This document shows, one piece after another, positions 63,107-64,000 of a stretch of 64,000 nt of DNA. Below the pieces are notes generated by a model. That model made no database searches, was not told the DNA's origin, and saw nothing but the letters and a program-made list of their open reading frames with translations. The stretch lies in assembly GCF_009914755.1 (NCBI RefSeq), contig NC_060925.1; one strand, given 5' to 3'. The stretch's first letter is position 1; each line of letters opens with the position of its first letter. Both the position numbers and the translations under genes were made by a program. Source of the stretch: the human T2T-CHM13v2.0 reference genome, Homo sapiens.

Positions 63107-63400
63107 GGCCAGACGCAGTGGCTCATGCCTGTAATCCCAGCACTTTGGGAGGCTGAGGCAGGCGGATCACTTGAGGTCAGGAGTTTGAGACCAGCCTGAC
63201 CAACATGGTGAAACCCCATCTCTACAAAAAATACAAAAATTAGCCAAGCATGATGGCATGCGCCTGTAGTCTCAGCTACTTGGAAGGCTGAGGCATGAGA
63301 ATTGCTTAAACCTGGGAGGCAGAGGTTGCAGCGAGCCAAGAAAGCACCACTGGTGGCAAAGTGAGATGAGTGAGACTCCATCTCAGAAAAAAAAAAGAAA
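63107..63400 (+). mobile_element. AluS (Sx/Sz-like)
   Basis: Dimer; TSD gg(a/g)tgatctg. Confidence 0.92.
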
Positions 63401-64000
63401 AGGGTGATCTGGTCTGGAGGTACAGAATGCTAATGTATATCTACATTCGCTTATGTGAAAACGTCACAGGGAAAAATCTTTCTGACTTCTGTTAGAATGA
63501 TCACCTGTTTCTCTACCTATAGTCTCTTCTCAACTACGAATAGATAAACCAAACATTTTTTTTCCCAATGCACCTTTAATCCCATGGCTTTTGCTGAAAC
63601 TTGGCATTTATTCAATGAAACCACTTTCCACACAATCCTCTTTGAAGAGTCCTTATCTCCATGATTCATTCTTAAGGCCAAGAGGGAAGGTTGGCTTTCT
63701 TGCTGAAACCACTGTTCCCATGAGTCCACTAGTGGGACATTTAACTTCAGTTTTAAAAGGATGGCTTCCTTGGGTGGACAAGGGGGAAAAAGCATTCCAG
63801 ACAGAGATCAGTGTATACAAAAACTTTGAGTGGTAGAGGTATATGGTAGGTTTGAGGAAAAGCAAACAGTCTGGTATGACATATGACTAGCATGTAGAAT
63901 GATGACAGAATTTTAATAGGAGCCATTGGAATTGTATGGACCATGCTTTTGGAATTCTGTGAGCTTCTTATTCTCAGTCACCTTCATCTTTATTCCACTG

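Overview
This is AT-rich, repeat-dense human (primate) genomic DNA from the CRB1 (Crumbs homolog 1) gene on the + strand. The only protein-coding segment is a 582-bp exon at 50268-50849, with canonical AG/GT boundaries. It matches CRB1 exon 2 as I recall it (c.71-652, about Asn24-Gly218; EGF-like repeats 1-5). Positions 1-50267 are the distal ~50 kb of intron 1 and 50850-64000 are proximal intron 2. Nearly all other listed ORFs are transposon remnants or chance ORFs. The repeats include a 3.2-kb 5'-truncated L1PA, older L1s, a near full-length Tigger1, about a dozen Alus, MaLR/ERVL solo LTRs, hAT MITEs, L2 and MIR. I see no evidence for a new multi-gene system. The most notable unexplained structures are: (i) a TSD-flanked 276-bp insert with three successive A-tails that looks like a serial orphan L1 3'-transduction (3787-4090); (ii) a tailless 5'-half tRNA-Met(CAT) retrocopy inside Tigger1 (23450-23494); (iii) a candidate 43-nt cryptic/poison exon (26212-26254), whose uORF would end in an ATGA overlapping the internal Met70 of exon 2; and (iv) an antisense Alu with a gained GTGAGT donor. 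Repeat subfamily names come from recalled consensus motifs, not a database search. Boundaries of old repeats are approximate.
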